64,000 nucleotides of DNA from the human T2T-CHM13v2.0 reference genome, Homo sapiens, in NCBI RefSeq assembly GCF_009914755.1, contig NC_060927.1; one strand, written 5' to 3'. The notes beneath the pieces were generated by a model. That model saw only the letters and a program-made list of their open reading frames with translations, searched no databases and was not told the DNA's origin. Both the position numbers and the translations under genes were made by a program. Positions 1 to 14,679 of the stretch are shown here, in pieces (the stretch's first letter is position 1; every line of letters starts with the position of its first letter).

Positions 1-54
1 TAATAATAAATAAATACATAAATACATAATTAAAAAAAAAAGAAACAGGTCTGG

Positions 55-260
55 AGTTCCAGACCAGCCTGGCCAACATGATGAAACTCCGTCTCTACTA
101 AAAATACAAAAATTAGCTAGGCGTCTGGCAGGCACCTGTAATCCCAGATACTTGGGAGGCTGTGGCAGGGGAATCGCTGGAACCCAGGAGGTGGAGGTTG
201 CAGTGAGCCAAGGCAGTGCACTCCAGCCTGAGCAACAGAGCAAGACTCTGTCAAAAAAAA
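55..260 (+). mobile_element. 5'-truncated Alu (S-type)
   Basis: agaccagcctggccaacatg...gaggttgcagtgagcc...poly-A; TSD agaaacaggtctgg at 41-54 and 429-442. Confidence 0.92.
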
Positions 261-287
261 GAGAGAAAGAAGAAAGAAAGAAAGAAA

Positions 288-352
<65 letters not shown>

Positions 353-428
353 GAAAGAAAGAAGAGAGGAGAGGAGAGGAGAAGAGAGGAGAAGAGAAGA
401 GAAGAAATGAGAAGAGAAAGAAGAGAAG
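261..428 (+). repeat. (GAAA)n/(GAGAG/GAGAA)n purine microsatellite derived from the Alu tail
   Basis: Directly visible. Confidence 0.95.
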
Positions 429-644
429 AGAAACAGGTCTGGTTCCTCTTGGACAGCAGGACACTTAGTAGTTTGATGGAGTAGTGATACTGCCAGTGAA
501 TGTCTACATTTTCATGTACTATAATGAGTCAGGAAATATATCACAAGACAGATGAAGAGAGGCAGAGAAAGGGAAACAGCAAATTAATGGAAAGGAAAGA
601 GACACCTCCAAGCAATACTGACTTAAAGCTTATAAAAAGCTTCA

Positions 645-1160
645 TCAAATGGAATATTATTCAGTGCTAAAAAGAAATGAGATACAACCCAGGTATCTCA
701 TGGAGGAATCTTAAATGCATATAACTAAGTAAAAAAAGTCAAATTGAATGTTACATACTGTATGATTCCAACTATATGACATTCTGGAAAATACAATATT
801 ACAGAGATAGTAAAATATCAGTGGTTGCCACGGGTTGAAAGAGCAATGAATAGGTGGCACACAAAGGATGTTTAGGTCAGTAAAACAATTCTAAAGGACA
901 CCAGTGGTGGATGCGGGTCATCATACATTTGTTTAGACCCAGAGAATTTACAACATCAACAGTGAACCCTAATGTAAACTGTGGTCTTTGGGTGATAAGT
1001 GTTAGTGTTGGTTCAATGATTGTAACAAATGTGCTACTTTTACGGGGGGTGTTGAAAATGAGAGAGGCTATGCATGTGTGGGCGAGCAGGGGGTAAATGG
1101 GAAATCTCTGGACCTTCTCAATTTTGCTGTATAAAACTGCTCTAAAAAATAAGTCTTTGA
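645..1160 (+). mobile_element. Old L1 3' end (L1MC-like)
   Basis: atggaatattattcag...catactgtatgattcca...gtgaaccctaatgtaaact...aaaactgctctaaaaaataa motifs. Confidence 0.8.
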
Positions 1161-1385
1161 AAAACAGGTTAATAAATATTTCATGTTTTCGTAAAGTGAT
1201 CTTCATAATACTAGATCTTCCACATGTCAGAAACAGAAAAGTAGGGTAAAAATCTTGTTGAGGCAGCCATTCAAAATATAAGACATTAAGTTGTCATTAC
1301 TTTCTGCATATTATAGACAGAGATCATAAAGGTTTCATTTATATTTTTATCTGGGAAGCTTTCTTACTTTAAGAGGGAATATCCT

Positions 1386-2212
1386 GTTGGAAGACAGTTT
1401 TCCATGGGTCTCTTGCATTTTTATATGTCATAGGCAGAGGCATTGACAGCCTGTCTTCTGAGCTGTATTTTCAGGGATGTTTTAAAAATGAATTGAGTTC
1501 ATATCCTTTGTAGGGACATAGATGAAGCTGGAAACCATCATTCTCAGCAAACTGTCGCAAGGACAAAAAACCAAACACCGCATGTTCTCAGTCATAGGTG
1601 GGAATTGAACAATGAGAACACATGGACACAGGAAGGGGAACATCACACACCGGGGCCTGTTGTGTGGTAGGGGGATGGGGGAGGGATAGCATTAGGAGAT
1701 ATACCTAATGTTAAAAAGACAAGTTAATGGGTGCAGCACACCAACATGGCACATGTATACATATGTAACTAACCTGCACGTTGTGCACATGTACCCTAAA
1801 ACTTAAAGTATAGTAAAAAAAAAAATGAATAGCATTGGACGGCAGGGTTTCTTTTTAAAAATTCTTAATATTTCTTTTGACTGTCCAATATAAAAAAGAT
1901 AATATTTTTTTTGAAGCAAATAATGGATAGATTTGTTTGTAGTCTTATTAAAGACAGGGTTTTCCTAAACCTGGGGTTCCTTATTTGTGACACAGACCTC
2001 CTACATGTGCAACATCTGCCTGGGTCGCTCCATGTCATCCCCATGGGACTTGGTGGAAAAGAAAACCTGATGCTAAGATAAAGTTCCTGTTTCTTGCTAT
2101 GCTATAAACCACAAACACTTTTGTCTCTGACCTGGCATTCATGTTACTGAGGCAGGCTAATGTACTAGCTTGGCGATGGGTTAAAATTTCAAACCCTTTC
2201 TATTTCTTAACA
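1386..2212 (+). mobile_element. Probable ERV solo LTR (family not identified) interrupted by an L1PA insertion
   Basis: Begins tgttgg, ends ttaaca; LTR-like composition on both sides of the L1; family not confirmed. Confidence 0.45.
1494..1820 (+). mobile_element. 5'-truncated young L1PA (L1PA3/4-like) 3' UTR
   Basis: Near-consensus L1PA 3' end with G-rich tract and poly-A; TSD aaaaatgaat at 1484-1493 and 1821-1830. Confidence 0.93.
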
Positions 2213-2267
2213 ATGCTAGCATGATGTATCTCAAAATTTAACCTGAGCTTTGTAAACAGTTCACTTA

Positions 2268-2501
<234 letters not shown>

Positions 2502-3083
2502 TTAAAAAATTCACATTTATTCAGAAAATCTTAATTTGTTTCACTATAGTAACCATTTTACTATATATATATCTCATAACATGATGTTGTATACCTTAAA
2601 TATACATGGTGAAATTTACTTTTTAAAAAAGCATATCTTTAGAATCTAGTTAAATATAAGTCTTTATGATAGCTTTGAAAATCATTTATAGCGTTGTTTT
2701 TGTGGAGTTCACATGCCTAAAGTGTGTGGATTTTTGAAAAGTCACAAAAGCTCTGCTTGACTTGCCATGTACATTATTCTTAGAAAGACTGCACTACCTT
2801 TAATGATCATTTTATATATCCAATAAAAGACAATTATCTTTTTGTATGTAATGTGTAGTTACCATGTTTATTTGCTAAAATAAATCAATGACTACATAAC
2901 AAACTGTAGCAGAATAAATTAACTCTCTTTCACTGTGGATTAATTCAATTCAGCTATAATTTACCGGAAATATGTTACTTTCCACTCTTTTTAAGTGGAA
3001 AGTAAATCCAACATACCGTTAATGAAAAGGCTAGGGCCAAACAATTACCCGTTTCTGTTTAGTTAATTCCCCAGAATTCCTTA

Positions 3084-3224
<141 letters not shown>

Positions 3225-3228
3225 TTAC

Positions 3229-3313
3229 AGGTTCCAGTACTGGGGTAACCATAAATGCTGGACCCCATAAGAACTGCTTGAATATATCCCAGGTTGGTTT
3301 TTCATCAAAGAAC
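3229..3313 (-). CDS. SI: SI exon 42 (85 nt) [28 protein letters not shown]
   Basis: tcgag|G acceptor, CCT|gtaagt donor. Confidence 0.95.
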
Positions 3314-5171
3314 CTCGACAAAATTATCACAAATAATTAAATTAAAACAAATAACTTTCTTCTGAATACCATAAAATCATTATTCAAATTACATTTTGTA
3401 GTATGGACTTTTGTGGATTAAAATAAAAACAAAACTGTAAAAAAATTAAAAAATATATCAGTTGGAATGTAATAGTACAATGCTCAGCAGTATAATACTT
3501 TATGAGTAAATCTAGACTATGACTAAATTTCCGGAGAAAATAGAGAATTCTGATGGACATGTAACATCAACTAAATGAGAAATTACTTTGGAAGAGAACT
3601 AATAGAGGTACAAATATTAACTTTGCCTAGTATATGATCAACAAATTAAAAAACATATTAAAAACACTGGAAGAAAATTGTGAGACATACTGTAAGAATT
3701 TTAATTCATTAATTTTAAAAAGAGTTTGCTTATCTTACTTAATAAACTCTCTAAATAGTAGATTTACATGTTCCTAAAGGCTCTGTAACATGTTAATGGA
3801 TTTCTGAATTTGAGATGCAAATGGCTAGGAAAAACAAAGGTTTTTTTTTTGTTTGTTTTGTTTTGTTTTTTAATGGCTTAAGAGCCACTATTAAATGTTC
3901 ACATTTCTTCTCCAATTGAAATGAAAAAGAAAAGCTGTTTCTTAAAATTTGTTTGTTCTTTTGTTGTGGTTTTGTTTTGCCTTATTAAAAGCTGAGATTA
4001 ATGCTGAATTGGAAAGATGGGCTTACACCTCCATAAACTCATGAAAGTAGAAACCGAGGTAATCTCAATAGAACAACAGTCTGTATAGTTAATAATAATA
4101 TTTCTGACTAGTGACTCAGCCCAGAGGTGATACTCCATTATCCTGGGAAGCAAATAAGAATAACAAAAAGGGGTAAAGTCTGTAAATAAAAAGGAGATCA
4201 ATAAAATGTTATCAGAAATAAAGAAGGGATTATGGTAGATGATAAATTAATAAAGCAACCAGAACATAATTTGAATCCAGAAAGAATCTTTTGTTGTTGT
4301 TTTAGGAAAACTGGATCGCTTATCCTATCATCAAAAGAGAAGGCATACCAATTCACTTCTTATTTTGGTAAATTTACTTTGGGTATTGTTTTAATTTGGG
4401 TAAATATTTGCCTTTTTTAAATGGGCTTATCAATAGTGAAATCTAACAAATAATCTCATTCAATTACTCTGGTAATATAGGGTGCTCAAAAAGCTAAATA
4501 TACTGTGATTATTCGGGGTTTTTTTGTTTTTATGTTTGACTGCATGCTTTGCTTTTTGTAATATCTACAATAAGAATTTGATTGTATTCAACTTAAAAAT
4601 AAAATGGATGAAAATTTTTGCAAATATGCTCCATGAAATAGAATTTTTAAGATTTGGTCATATAAAAGTTTGAGCTTTAAGAGGTGAATCCAAAACAAAT
4701 TTATAAGGATAATGTTGAAACTGTTCCTGTGTATCTCATTGGGATACATCAAGGAAAAGGTGGAATGGTCTCCAGTAAGACATCTGTATATAGTAGATTT
4801 ACGTAACTGCAGTAAACCGTGATTAATTAAATCATGAGGGGCATTACTTATCTCCCTGGAAATGTTGAGAATAGTCAATGTAAGCACATATACAAAGCAT
4901 GTAGAACAATACCTTGTATACAGTAATTATTCTGAAATAGAATCATTACTTTTTAATAACTAATTAATGTGGTTCATTCTTTAATGGCTTATGCTAGTCT
5001 ATTTATTAATGGACATATTTGTGTAAATGCTTTATTAATAAAAAATGTGTGCTAATATAACAATGGAAAAACTGCCAATCTAAAATATTTTATATTGCAC
5101 TATAAGAGATCATTGGGTAAATTAAGTGAAAAGTATCTCTCTGTGATAAGAGAAAACAAACTTTGTACTTA

Positions 5172-5345
<174 letters not shown>

Positions 5346-7279
5346 TTATAAGCTTTGGTCCTTGTTTAAGTCATAATATTCATATTCATATTTGAAGAAC
5401 TAAAAAGTAAGACATGATATTAATTGATTGTCATGTGCTATGTACTTTCTTCCCAAAATCTTACACAATAATATTTCTATCACATGATAAAGAGAAAAGG
5501 TACACAACATTTTAATAAGAGAAATTCAAATTAAATCCATGGCTTGATTTAGTTTAAGTGAACATACCCAAAGAAAAGTTCACATTTTAATGGATGACAA
5601 ATATGTTGTCAATTAGGTGATAGTCAGTGTTAGAGTGATCAGTGTAGGAGATAAATGAAATGATAGGCTATCCAAAGTCGATTGAAATAAACATAGACAA
5701 GCAGAGCAAATGATGGTGACCATGCACATTGTGGGTTCTCAGGAGAAATGAACAGATTATGGTACTAAAGAATACTAAAGAATACATAGTACAGATAGAA
5801 GGGAAGGCATAAAGATGAATGAAAGGAAATAATGTGCCTGAGTATGCTCTGGAATGCACACTCCAGCTCAAAAGACTAAAATTTTTAGTCTAAAGTTTAG
5901 AGTGGAAGATTAAAAGTCTACAAAAAAAATTCTTGCACATATTAGTTAAAAAATAATAGGCAAGAAAAGTTATTACTATTTTGTATTTTGATCTGCACCA
6001 GGGGAATAAGCAAGGCCATCACAAAGCTCGAGGTAACATTTAAATGTTTTTCGTTGACATCAGCATGACTGGGGCCCTTTATAGTTGTGTCATATCGATG
6101 ATGATTCCAATTTTTCTGTATTTTAAGAGTAAGAAAGTTTGAATGAAAATTTCATGTCATAGCTGTTATATGCAGTATTAGAATACAGAAAATCTTGAAA
6201 GTAAAAATGGTCCAAGAACTGTTAAGCTGTATGTAATCCTATTGCTGGTATTTCCAAAGTTAAATAAGAAGAAAAAAGGCAAAGATCATATCTGTTGCTT
6301 ATTGACCTCATTAATATGATTTTAGTTTTAACATGTTGATACACAAGCATCTAATTCTAAACTATACAATTCGAGTAATACATTTCAATAGTTCATTTGT
6401 ACCAACTCATATTTAAACTTAAGTAGAGTTTTCTATCCTCTAGATTTTTATTTAGAAATACTTCCTCAGTCTTTCCCTCCTTCTGCATTTGAATTTTCCT
6501 TAAAAACACCAACCACATTACAATCATTGGGTATTTTACTTTGTTGCTCCCATGTGGAATTCTCCATACGTTTATATTGGTTACTGTTCCCCACACCCAT
6601 CTCAGCTCTAGTATTCCTTCATTTAATACCTTTCTGAGCACTTTTCCTAAAGCAGAATCTCTATAAAACTCCATCACTTTAGTTTAATCTATTTTCCCTT
6701 ATAGACATTTATTTGTATCTGACCTATTACATATAAAATGGTCTATTATTTATATCCCTTTTTAGAATATATAAATCATTTGAGCAAGGACTTCGTAAAT
6801 ATGAAATAGTATATTCTCAATAATGAATCTCTCCCCAAGCTTTCATTGATTCATGCTCTACTTTCCCAATATTACAGCTTTCTAAATTGCATTATTGACA
6901 GCAAATTTTCCTGTTGAGATATTACTGTTTCATCAAGTTATGTCTCTATTGTCCAGCTTTCAAATTCTTTCAAACGTGGTTCCGTTCTGCCTACAATCCT
7001 TGTATTTCAGCATTTTCTAAAATAAATCCTACTCTCTATTTCTACCCAAGTTTCCAGTGCGGGGACCATGTAGATTTCACAGCACATCACGAGCTCTGCC
7101 ATTTACTTACTATAGGCAGAGCACATCTTTTAAAGGCCAGCTCTGTCTTTAACCTGTCCATCATGCGCATTTTGCTAATTTATCATTTTTCTGCATTTCT
7201 TCACTGAAAGTCAGCATCATGAAATTTAGTGCTTATTTAGATATTGGCTCTAACTGTTCCTACTCTTCCATAATTTTTA

Positions 7280-7567
<288 letters not shown>

Positions 7568-7653
7568 CTAAAATATATTGTTATATTTAGTTAAATTTGA
7601 ATAGTTTATGAATGTTTATAATTTATGAAGATAAAAGGAATAAAACTACTTAC

Positions 7654-7688
7654 ATATGATATTCCAAACAGACTAAATTCCATCATAC
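7654..7688 (-). CDS. SI: SI exon 39 (35 nt) (G)MMEFSLFGISY
   Basis: ttcag|GT acceptor, TAT|gtaagt donor; required to keep frame. Confidence 0.94.
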
Positions 7689-8409
7689 CTGAAAAAGTTA
7701 GAAAAAATATCTTAGAAAGTTATTATTTCATATATTTTAATATTGTTTTTTATTTCTATTTATGATGATGTTCTGTTTTTAATATCAACCTCCAAACCTG
7801 AAACATTTTTCAGATTATTAATATAATTATCTCATAATGCTTCTCATAATGCTCACACATTTTGACTTTGTAGCATTTATGATATTTACAAAAATAAGAT
7901 ACTATAAGCTTCCTTGACACTTGCAAGGTGACATATTCAGACAACAAATACATTATAAACACATTATAGTGTGAGAAGAAAGTGGTGTCCACAGTTTCAT
8001 TTTTGAAAATAAATATGCTATTTCTGCAGTTACTTAACTATAGGTCTGATTGAACTATAGGTTCAACTGGTTTCAGTCTATCATTTGAAAAAAACTGAAC
8101 CATTCTTATTAAACAAATCCTTTAAGGAGTAATCAATTCTATAAAATACAATGAATATGATTTCTGAGCTCTTATTTTAAAGGAATATTTCTAAGAATTA
8201 ATTGTTTTCCTTGAATTTATTTATCAATGGTGAACAAATTTTAAGACTAAATATAGAGCACAAAAGTATCTATTTCCCTATTAAAATGGTAATGTCTTAT
8301 TTAGCACTTATTCTACTATTGTCACAAATTTCTTTCCAAATTTGGTTCGAAATGTTTCTTTTTTTTTTTTAGCATCTATCAGTGATTTATATTCCCTAGA
8401 ATCTAGAAT

Positions 8410-9136
8410 CTTTTAAATTTCAGTTTCAGAAGTACATTTGCAGGTGTATTATTTAGGTAACTTGCTTGTCACAGGGGTTTTGTGTACAGATTATTTTGTC
8501 ACCCAGATAATAAGCATAGTACTTGACAGGCTGTTACTCAATCCTCACCCTCCTCCCACGCCACAACTTCATATAGGCCCTGGTGTCTGTTGTTCCCTTC
8601 TTTGTGTCCATGTGTACACAGTGTTTAGCTCCCAGTTATAAGTTAGAATATGTGGTATTTTGTTTTCTGTTCCTCTGTTAGTTTGCTTAAGATAATGGCC
8701 TCCAGCTCCATCCATGTCCCTTGAAAGGTCATGATCTCATTTTTTATGGCTGTATATATTCCATGGTGTATATGTACCACATTTTCTTTATTCAGTCTAC
8801 CATTCATGGGCATTTAGGCTGATTCCATGTCTTTGGTGAATAGCGAACTGGCGAATTCCATGTCTTTGTCGAAGAGTGTCTTTTGTGAATAGTGTTGTAA
8901 TGAACCTTCTTGTGCATGTCTTTATGGTAGGATCATTTCTATTCCTCTGGGTATATAACCACTAATGGGATTTTGGGGTTGAATGGTCATTCTGTTTTTA
9001 GCTGTTTGAGGAATCATCATACTGCTTTTCACAATAGTTTAATTAATTTACACTACTACCAACAGTATATATGTCAACTTTTCTCAACAATCTTGAAAGC
9101 ATCTGTTATTTTTTGACTTTTTAATAATAGCTATGA
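8410..9136 (-). mobile_element. L1 3' fragment (L1PA15/16-like)
   Basis: Antisense 3' UTR and ORF2 end motifs; candidate TSD aatctagaat at 8400-8409 and 9137-9146. Confidence 0.85.
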
Positions 9137-9450
9137 AATCTAGAATTTCTATTCATTTCTCTCTATTAGCTCTAGACCTTATCTTTGCCAGCTACTGCCC
9201 TTTTCAGTAAGGAAACTCAGGCCAATAACAATGACACCATTTCCTCAAAATAAACTAATTGAAGATCATTAGTTTCTACACAGCACCCTCAATCCAGCTT
9301 CCTGGCCCACTGTCTTTTTCTGATGCTATATGACATAAAGTACGATGTGAAGAACAAAATTCTGAGGACTTATAAATGTTATGACCTAGCACCAGCAAAA
9401 GTGAGTATCTAATAGAAAACACAAAATAATAATAAAGATGGTGACTTTCA

Positions 9451-9651
<201 letters not shown>

Positions 9652-11254
9652 TTACGACTACTTTGTAAAAAAAAATAGTGATTTGTGGTGCTTATATTGT
9701 CATTTATTACAACTGGCTCTTGATAAGTTTGTCTTCTCTCATTAAATTATAAAATCCTCAAAACATAAAGGACGTCTTTTTCCCTTCCAACATTTACCAG
9801 AGTGACATGCAGATATTAAGAGGCCTTTATATATTCCTTCAATGAATACAAGTTAAATCAACTATTAATTGAATGAAATCAACAAATTCATCACATTGAG
9901 CTTTTTATTTTACTTTAATGTATTTTTAATAAAGGCTTATGCTCTAACTATTCATTGCCCCAACGCCTCTCAACTGTAACATATCAACACTTAATGTACA
10001 TATTACTGTGCAGACAATGCCTACTATCATACTCTTTGCTTTAAAGGTTTAATTTGAAGAGAGCAAAGTATTCTCGGGTCTTAAAACTAAAAAGAATTGC
10101 TCCATTTCAAGTGTAGAATCTATTGGGAGTAAGTTCTTCTCAACAGAATGGGTTGTGTAAATGAAATCATATGATTTATTTCCCTTCTCAGTCTTTGGAG
10201 AATGAATTTAATGACATGCATGTTAAAATATGTTCTAGTTTTAGAAAAAAAATAAGTATTTTTATATCATCTTCATCTGTTTTCTTCTATCTCCCTTTCT
10301 TTTCCCTCTGCCTTTCTCTCTGACTGAACACAGATTATATTATAAGAGTATCAATAAAGTTTTACTCTAATATTAGTTGGAAATAAAAATTTTATTTTTA
10401 TATTACTCAAATAATTTGAATATGAATAAGAGCTACAGAACTATCTTAGAAGAAGATACCACAAATACATAATTAGGCAGACTTTACTGGACACTAACAC
10501 ATTATCAAAAGTATTGAGTCATTTCCTTGTTACAGCAGGATCCCAGTGTTTGTATGTATATAAAGCTCCTTCCATGACACCTTGAGATTCCTAAAATCAA
10601 GTGCTATACTTTAATCTTCCTTGCATCCCTTATATCTAATGCAATGCTTGGCATGTAATAGTAGCTCAAGAAAGTTCGGAATTAACAAATGTCTCAAGTC
10701 AAAAGTGCAAGCAACTAAAAATGTGTTAAACAGACATAACATATTGAACCATCACTTGCTAATAAAGGCAATATTGTGTTAGTTAACTTAAAATGTTCTA
10801 CTTCTAAATTGTCACTCTTTTAAAAAACCAATAAAAGAAAATGATCTTCACTGCTTTATTTTTTCATAACAAATATAAAATGGCCATTTAGGAATATTAA
10901 TCTTTTAAATATACATTACATATATTTTTTTGAAATTTAATAAGAAATAAATATATAAATATGAAGAGTAATAATTGGTGATAATTCTATAAATCTATAT
11001 GAAAATGTATTTTTGGAGTTCAGTTCATTTGCAAACAAAATTAGTTTTGTTTAATATAAAAATTATTTACAAGGACAGTGTTGTCACAAATTCTTCACGT
11101 GTTCACATGAAAGAAAATTATGTTTCTGGAGGATTTCTTTTTTTTCTCTATTATATATCTTACACTTGAAAAACTTCTTTACTGATACTTTAAATTAATA
11201 GCTGAATATATGCTTATCAGGTTGATAAGGATTCTACATAAAGTAGTTTCACAC

Positions 11255-11510
11255 AATGGGCACAAAGTTACAGTTAGATAGGAATAAATTTAGCAAGATG
11301 ACCATAGTTAATATATTGTATATTTCAGAATAGCTAAAAGAAAGAATTTTAAATGTTCTCACTACAAATAAATGATAAATATCTGAGAAGATAAATAAGC
11401 TAATTAGCCTTATTTGATCATTTCACACTGTATAATGTATGAAAACATCACAATGTACTCCATATTTACTATTGTTAATTGTAAATTAAAATAAAACTAT
11501 AAAATAAATG
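11255..11510 (+). mobile_element. L1MA-type 3' end fragment
   Basis: aaagttacagttagatagg...aatgttctcactaca...aaacatcaca motifs. Confidence 0.7.
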
Positions 11511-14500
11511 AGGTATTTTCATAATAATTTTCTCTTAAGGGAATTCTAAACTCTTATATAAGAGGAATCTCCTCTGTAAACCCTCACACAGAATATGTAT
11601 TTGACGCCACTAAAGATATAAAGTTCAAACACGGTAAATATATTCTAATTATTTCCAACACTGTTTCAATTTTACAAATTGTTCAGTCACAATTAACTTA
11701 GTTTAAGTTATTCTTGAGAAACAGCTTTAAGCCAGAAGAGTTTGTTCTTTGTTACCACTTGACATTGGAGAGTTCAGCTTATAAGAAAGAGATATTTTTG
11801 TTGTGTGTTTATTATTGCCTACAGGAGCATTTTCTTGAAATATATTTTAAAAATTAGAATATATCTTCAATTATTATAAAAAAGTTTTTTATAGAAGTAA
11901 AACCAGAAACTCTACATATATATTACAAAAATGAAATATGTGAAGAGAATATTAAATTTAAAAATTTAAAACATATTTTTAATCTTCCAATAATTAATAT
12001 CTTTATTTTAGTCATAGTTTCTAAAAGAAAATGTTAAATTAATTAATGTGACTATTATCTTCAATTACTGATGAAATCAATTTATAAACATTTTCCAAAC
12101 ACTTCTATCTCATGACTGGACGGTGTTCTCATGATTGGATGGTGTTAAATTATTTTAGAATACAGACTGCTGTATAGTAGAGAAAAGAAAGTTATTACAG
12201 AATTGTTATCCTCATTTTCATGAAAACAACTCTTTGAAAACTCAAAGATATTTTATTGAATTATTTTTGAAGGCAATATATTTAGTATTTGTTAGAAATA
12301 TAAATTTTCCCAACTCACATTTCAAATAGTCACCATTAGATCAGAAAATGTAATATCTGTTTTAATTTTGAAATTGGATAAGTATTTTGTAGGCTAAAAT
12401 ATTTTAATTATGTTTTAGTGTATAACAAATTAATGAAATTTGAAATTTCCTTTAGCAAGAAGACAATGTGAAACACTATATCATGGAAAGAGTTTTATAG
12501 ATTCATATCTCAAATTTTATATTTTGATATACCAATTGTATCAATGTTCTATTCATCTATATCATTCAGAATCTAATGTCTGAAAGACATGCATTTACTA
12601 TCCGGTCTTGAGACGAACAGCTGATTAATAGAAAGTTACAGCTATAACTAAAGTAACTTCTAAATTAGTGAATGAGGTGAGGTATACTGTGTTTGTTTTT
12701 TCATAGACTAGTTTTTGTTTATTAAAAAAAATATACAAGAGACCACTTCCTATAGTTTACAATGCCCCCACTTCAAAAAGGCACTCTTATTTTTCCAGAA
12801 AGTTACATTAAATATAATTTTCCAAGTTGCAAATTATCCCAGTTTATAAGAATATCTGCAAAAATAATTTATAAATATTGACTTTTTCCATTCCATTTTA
12901 TGATTACAAAACTCTTGGGCACTTATTTAAAAATTGTATATTAAAACACAACCTAAGCATTCAGAGGGAGTCAAAGATGTTTAATTTTCTAAGTCCTCTC
13001 TAATGAATAGTAGGTACTAATCCCTAACATCTTTAAAGCTTTTGGTAAAAATGAAAATAATATATGTGTAGTTACATAATCCTTGAATATTTGTCCGAAA
13101 TTTGAACCCATAATTTGAAGTAGATTTTTGAATGTATTTCTTTCTACATTTGAAGAATAGGCTTTATTTCAATACAACATTGAATTTCAAATTACAAGAG
13201 ATGAGAGCAATTGAAGACTCAAAACTTTTTGTGCAGGATTTCTATATGAAGCTTTTTTTATTTGCCATTAGTGTCCATGATTCTTTGTGTAAAACTATCT
13301 GCAATTTCTCAAGCTGATTAAATCCCATTTCTGAATCCATGCATGCTATTCTTTCGTTGCTTCTTGTTTGTTTCATGTTAAGTGAAAGAACACAGTAGCA
13401 AGAAATAGCTAAATGTCAAATATGTGGCAGTTTGTAAGACAGAAAATAAGTCACTAAAAAACAAAATGCTATGGTCTGTATAACTTGAGAAAAAAACGTG
13501 TGTTTATAATTTGTTCAGTTTTCCTCAATGATAAACAGAAAGACTTTACTCTTCATAATTTGCTTAAATGTAACATGTACCTTATTTATAGTGTTTTTTT
13601 ACATTTGTCAAGGTCTTTATACATGTAATTAATTATTTAATCTCTAAAATTTTCCGAGTTCAGCAGTTTTTTGTAACTGAAAAAATTAAAATATTAAGAA
13701 AGTATCTGAAACATATGAAAAATATAAGACTGTATAAAATAGGCTACTTAATACTTAATCCAATTAATCTACTCAATTTAAGTAATGTGATTGAAACTTG
13801 CACTGAAAAGTTTTATGAACGAGAGCAAAATTAGCACTAATAAGTATATGTATATTGATTTCATTTTCAAGGATATTCCATGGAAGATTGTGCTGATTTC
13901 CTCCTCATAATTTTGCTTAAAAGTGGAAATGGACTTTACATACGCTTAAATATCTCTGCATATGGACTATTTGGAAATTTACCTGTATCTACCTTGAACT
14001 TATCAAAACAACTTTGATACCTGTGATTATAACAGGATAATGATGAATTTATTTAAATTTACTAAGCATCCACAATGTGTCAAGAATCATGTTTGACTCT
14101 GTAATGTGCTTCAGAAGTATACTTATTTCCTGTCTTCTGTGGAGAGGAATTTTTTTTTCAATTTTTGTTAAGCTACATACTTTCAACTCAAAGCACATAA
14201 TTTTTGTCAATAAGATCATCACTCAATTTTCAATATTTTTGTTCTTTTTAATGTCTACAGTTTTAGTTAAAGTAAATTTAGCTGTGGATAATTATGCCCC
14301 AATATTGTGTTCCAGCAGGGTTAATCAAAAGTAACATTTGCCCCAGTGAAAAGGCATTGTTCAATGCCAGTTTATTCACTCTTAAAATAACTTAGTGTTT
14401 TATTTTTGGATTTGGTGAACAAGTGAGTTTTTGGTCATACATTCATGTATTCTGAGTTGATTAAGAGTTAATTGATAGAAATAAGATAAGTAGGTTTTAC

Positions 14501-14577
14501 TAAGCGAGAAATTTTATCCATACTCTTTACTTCAAAATGCTTTTTATTCTTTTATCAACTTCAGCTATTTGTTAGAA

Positions 14578-14670
14578 CAGAAGTTTTCAACCCTGTCTGC
14601 TCATTAGAACTGCCTGGAAAGTTTTAAATATTCAGATGCTTAGGCTATAAAAGAGACCAATTAAATAATA
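14578..14670. mobile_element. MER5-like hAT-Charlie fragment; remainder at about 16433-16481
   Basis: ttttcaaccctgtctgctcattagaa...gaccaattaaat, resuming as ctccaagtgattataatatgtagtca after the L1. Confidence 0.55.
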
Positions 14671-14679
14671 ATTTATTTA

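Noticed and set aside
117-484. ORFs rich in K/E/R or F/L/S
   Set aside because: Translations of Alu plus (GAAA)n microsatellite
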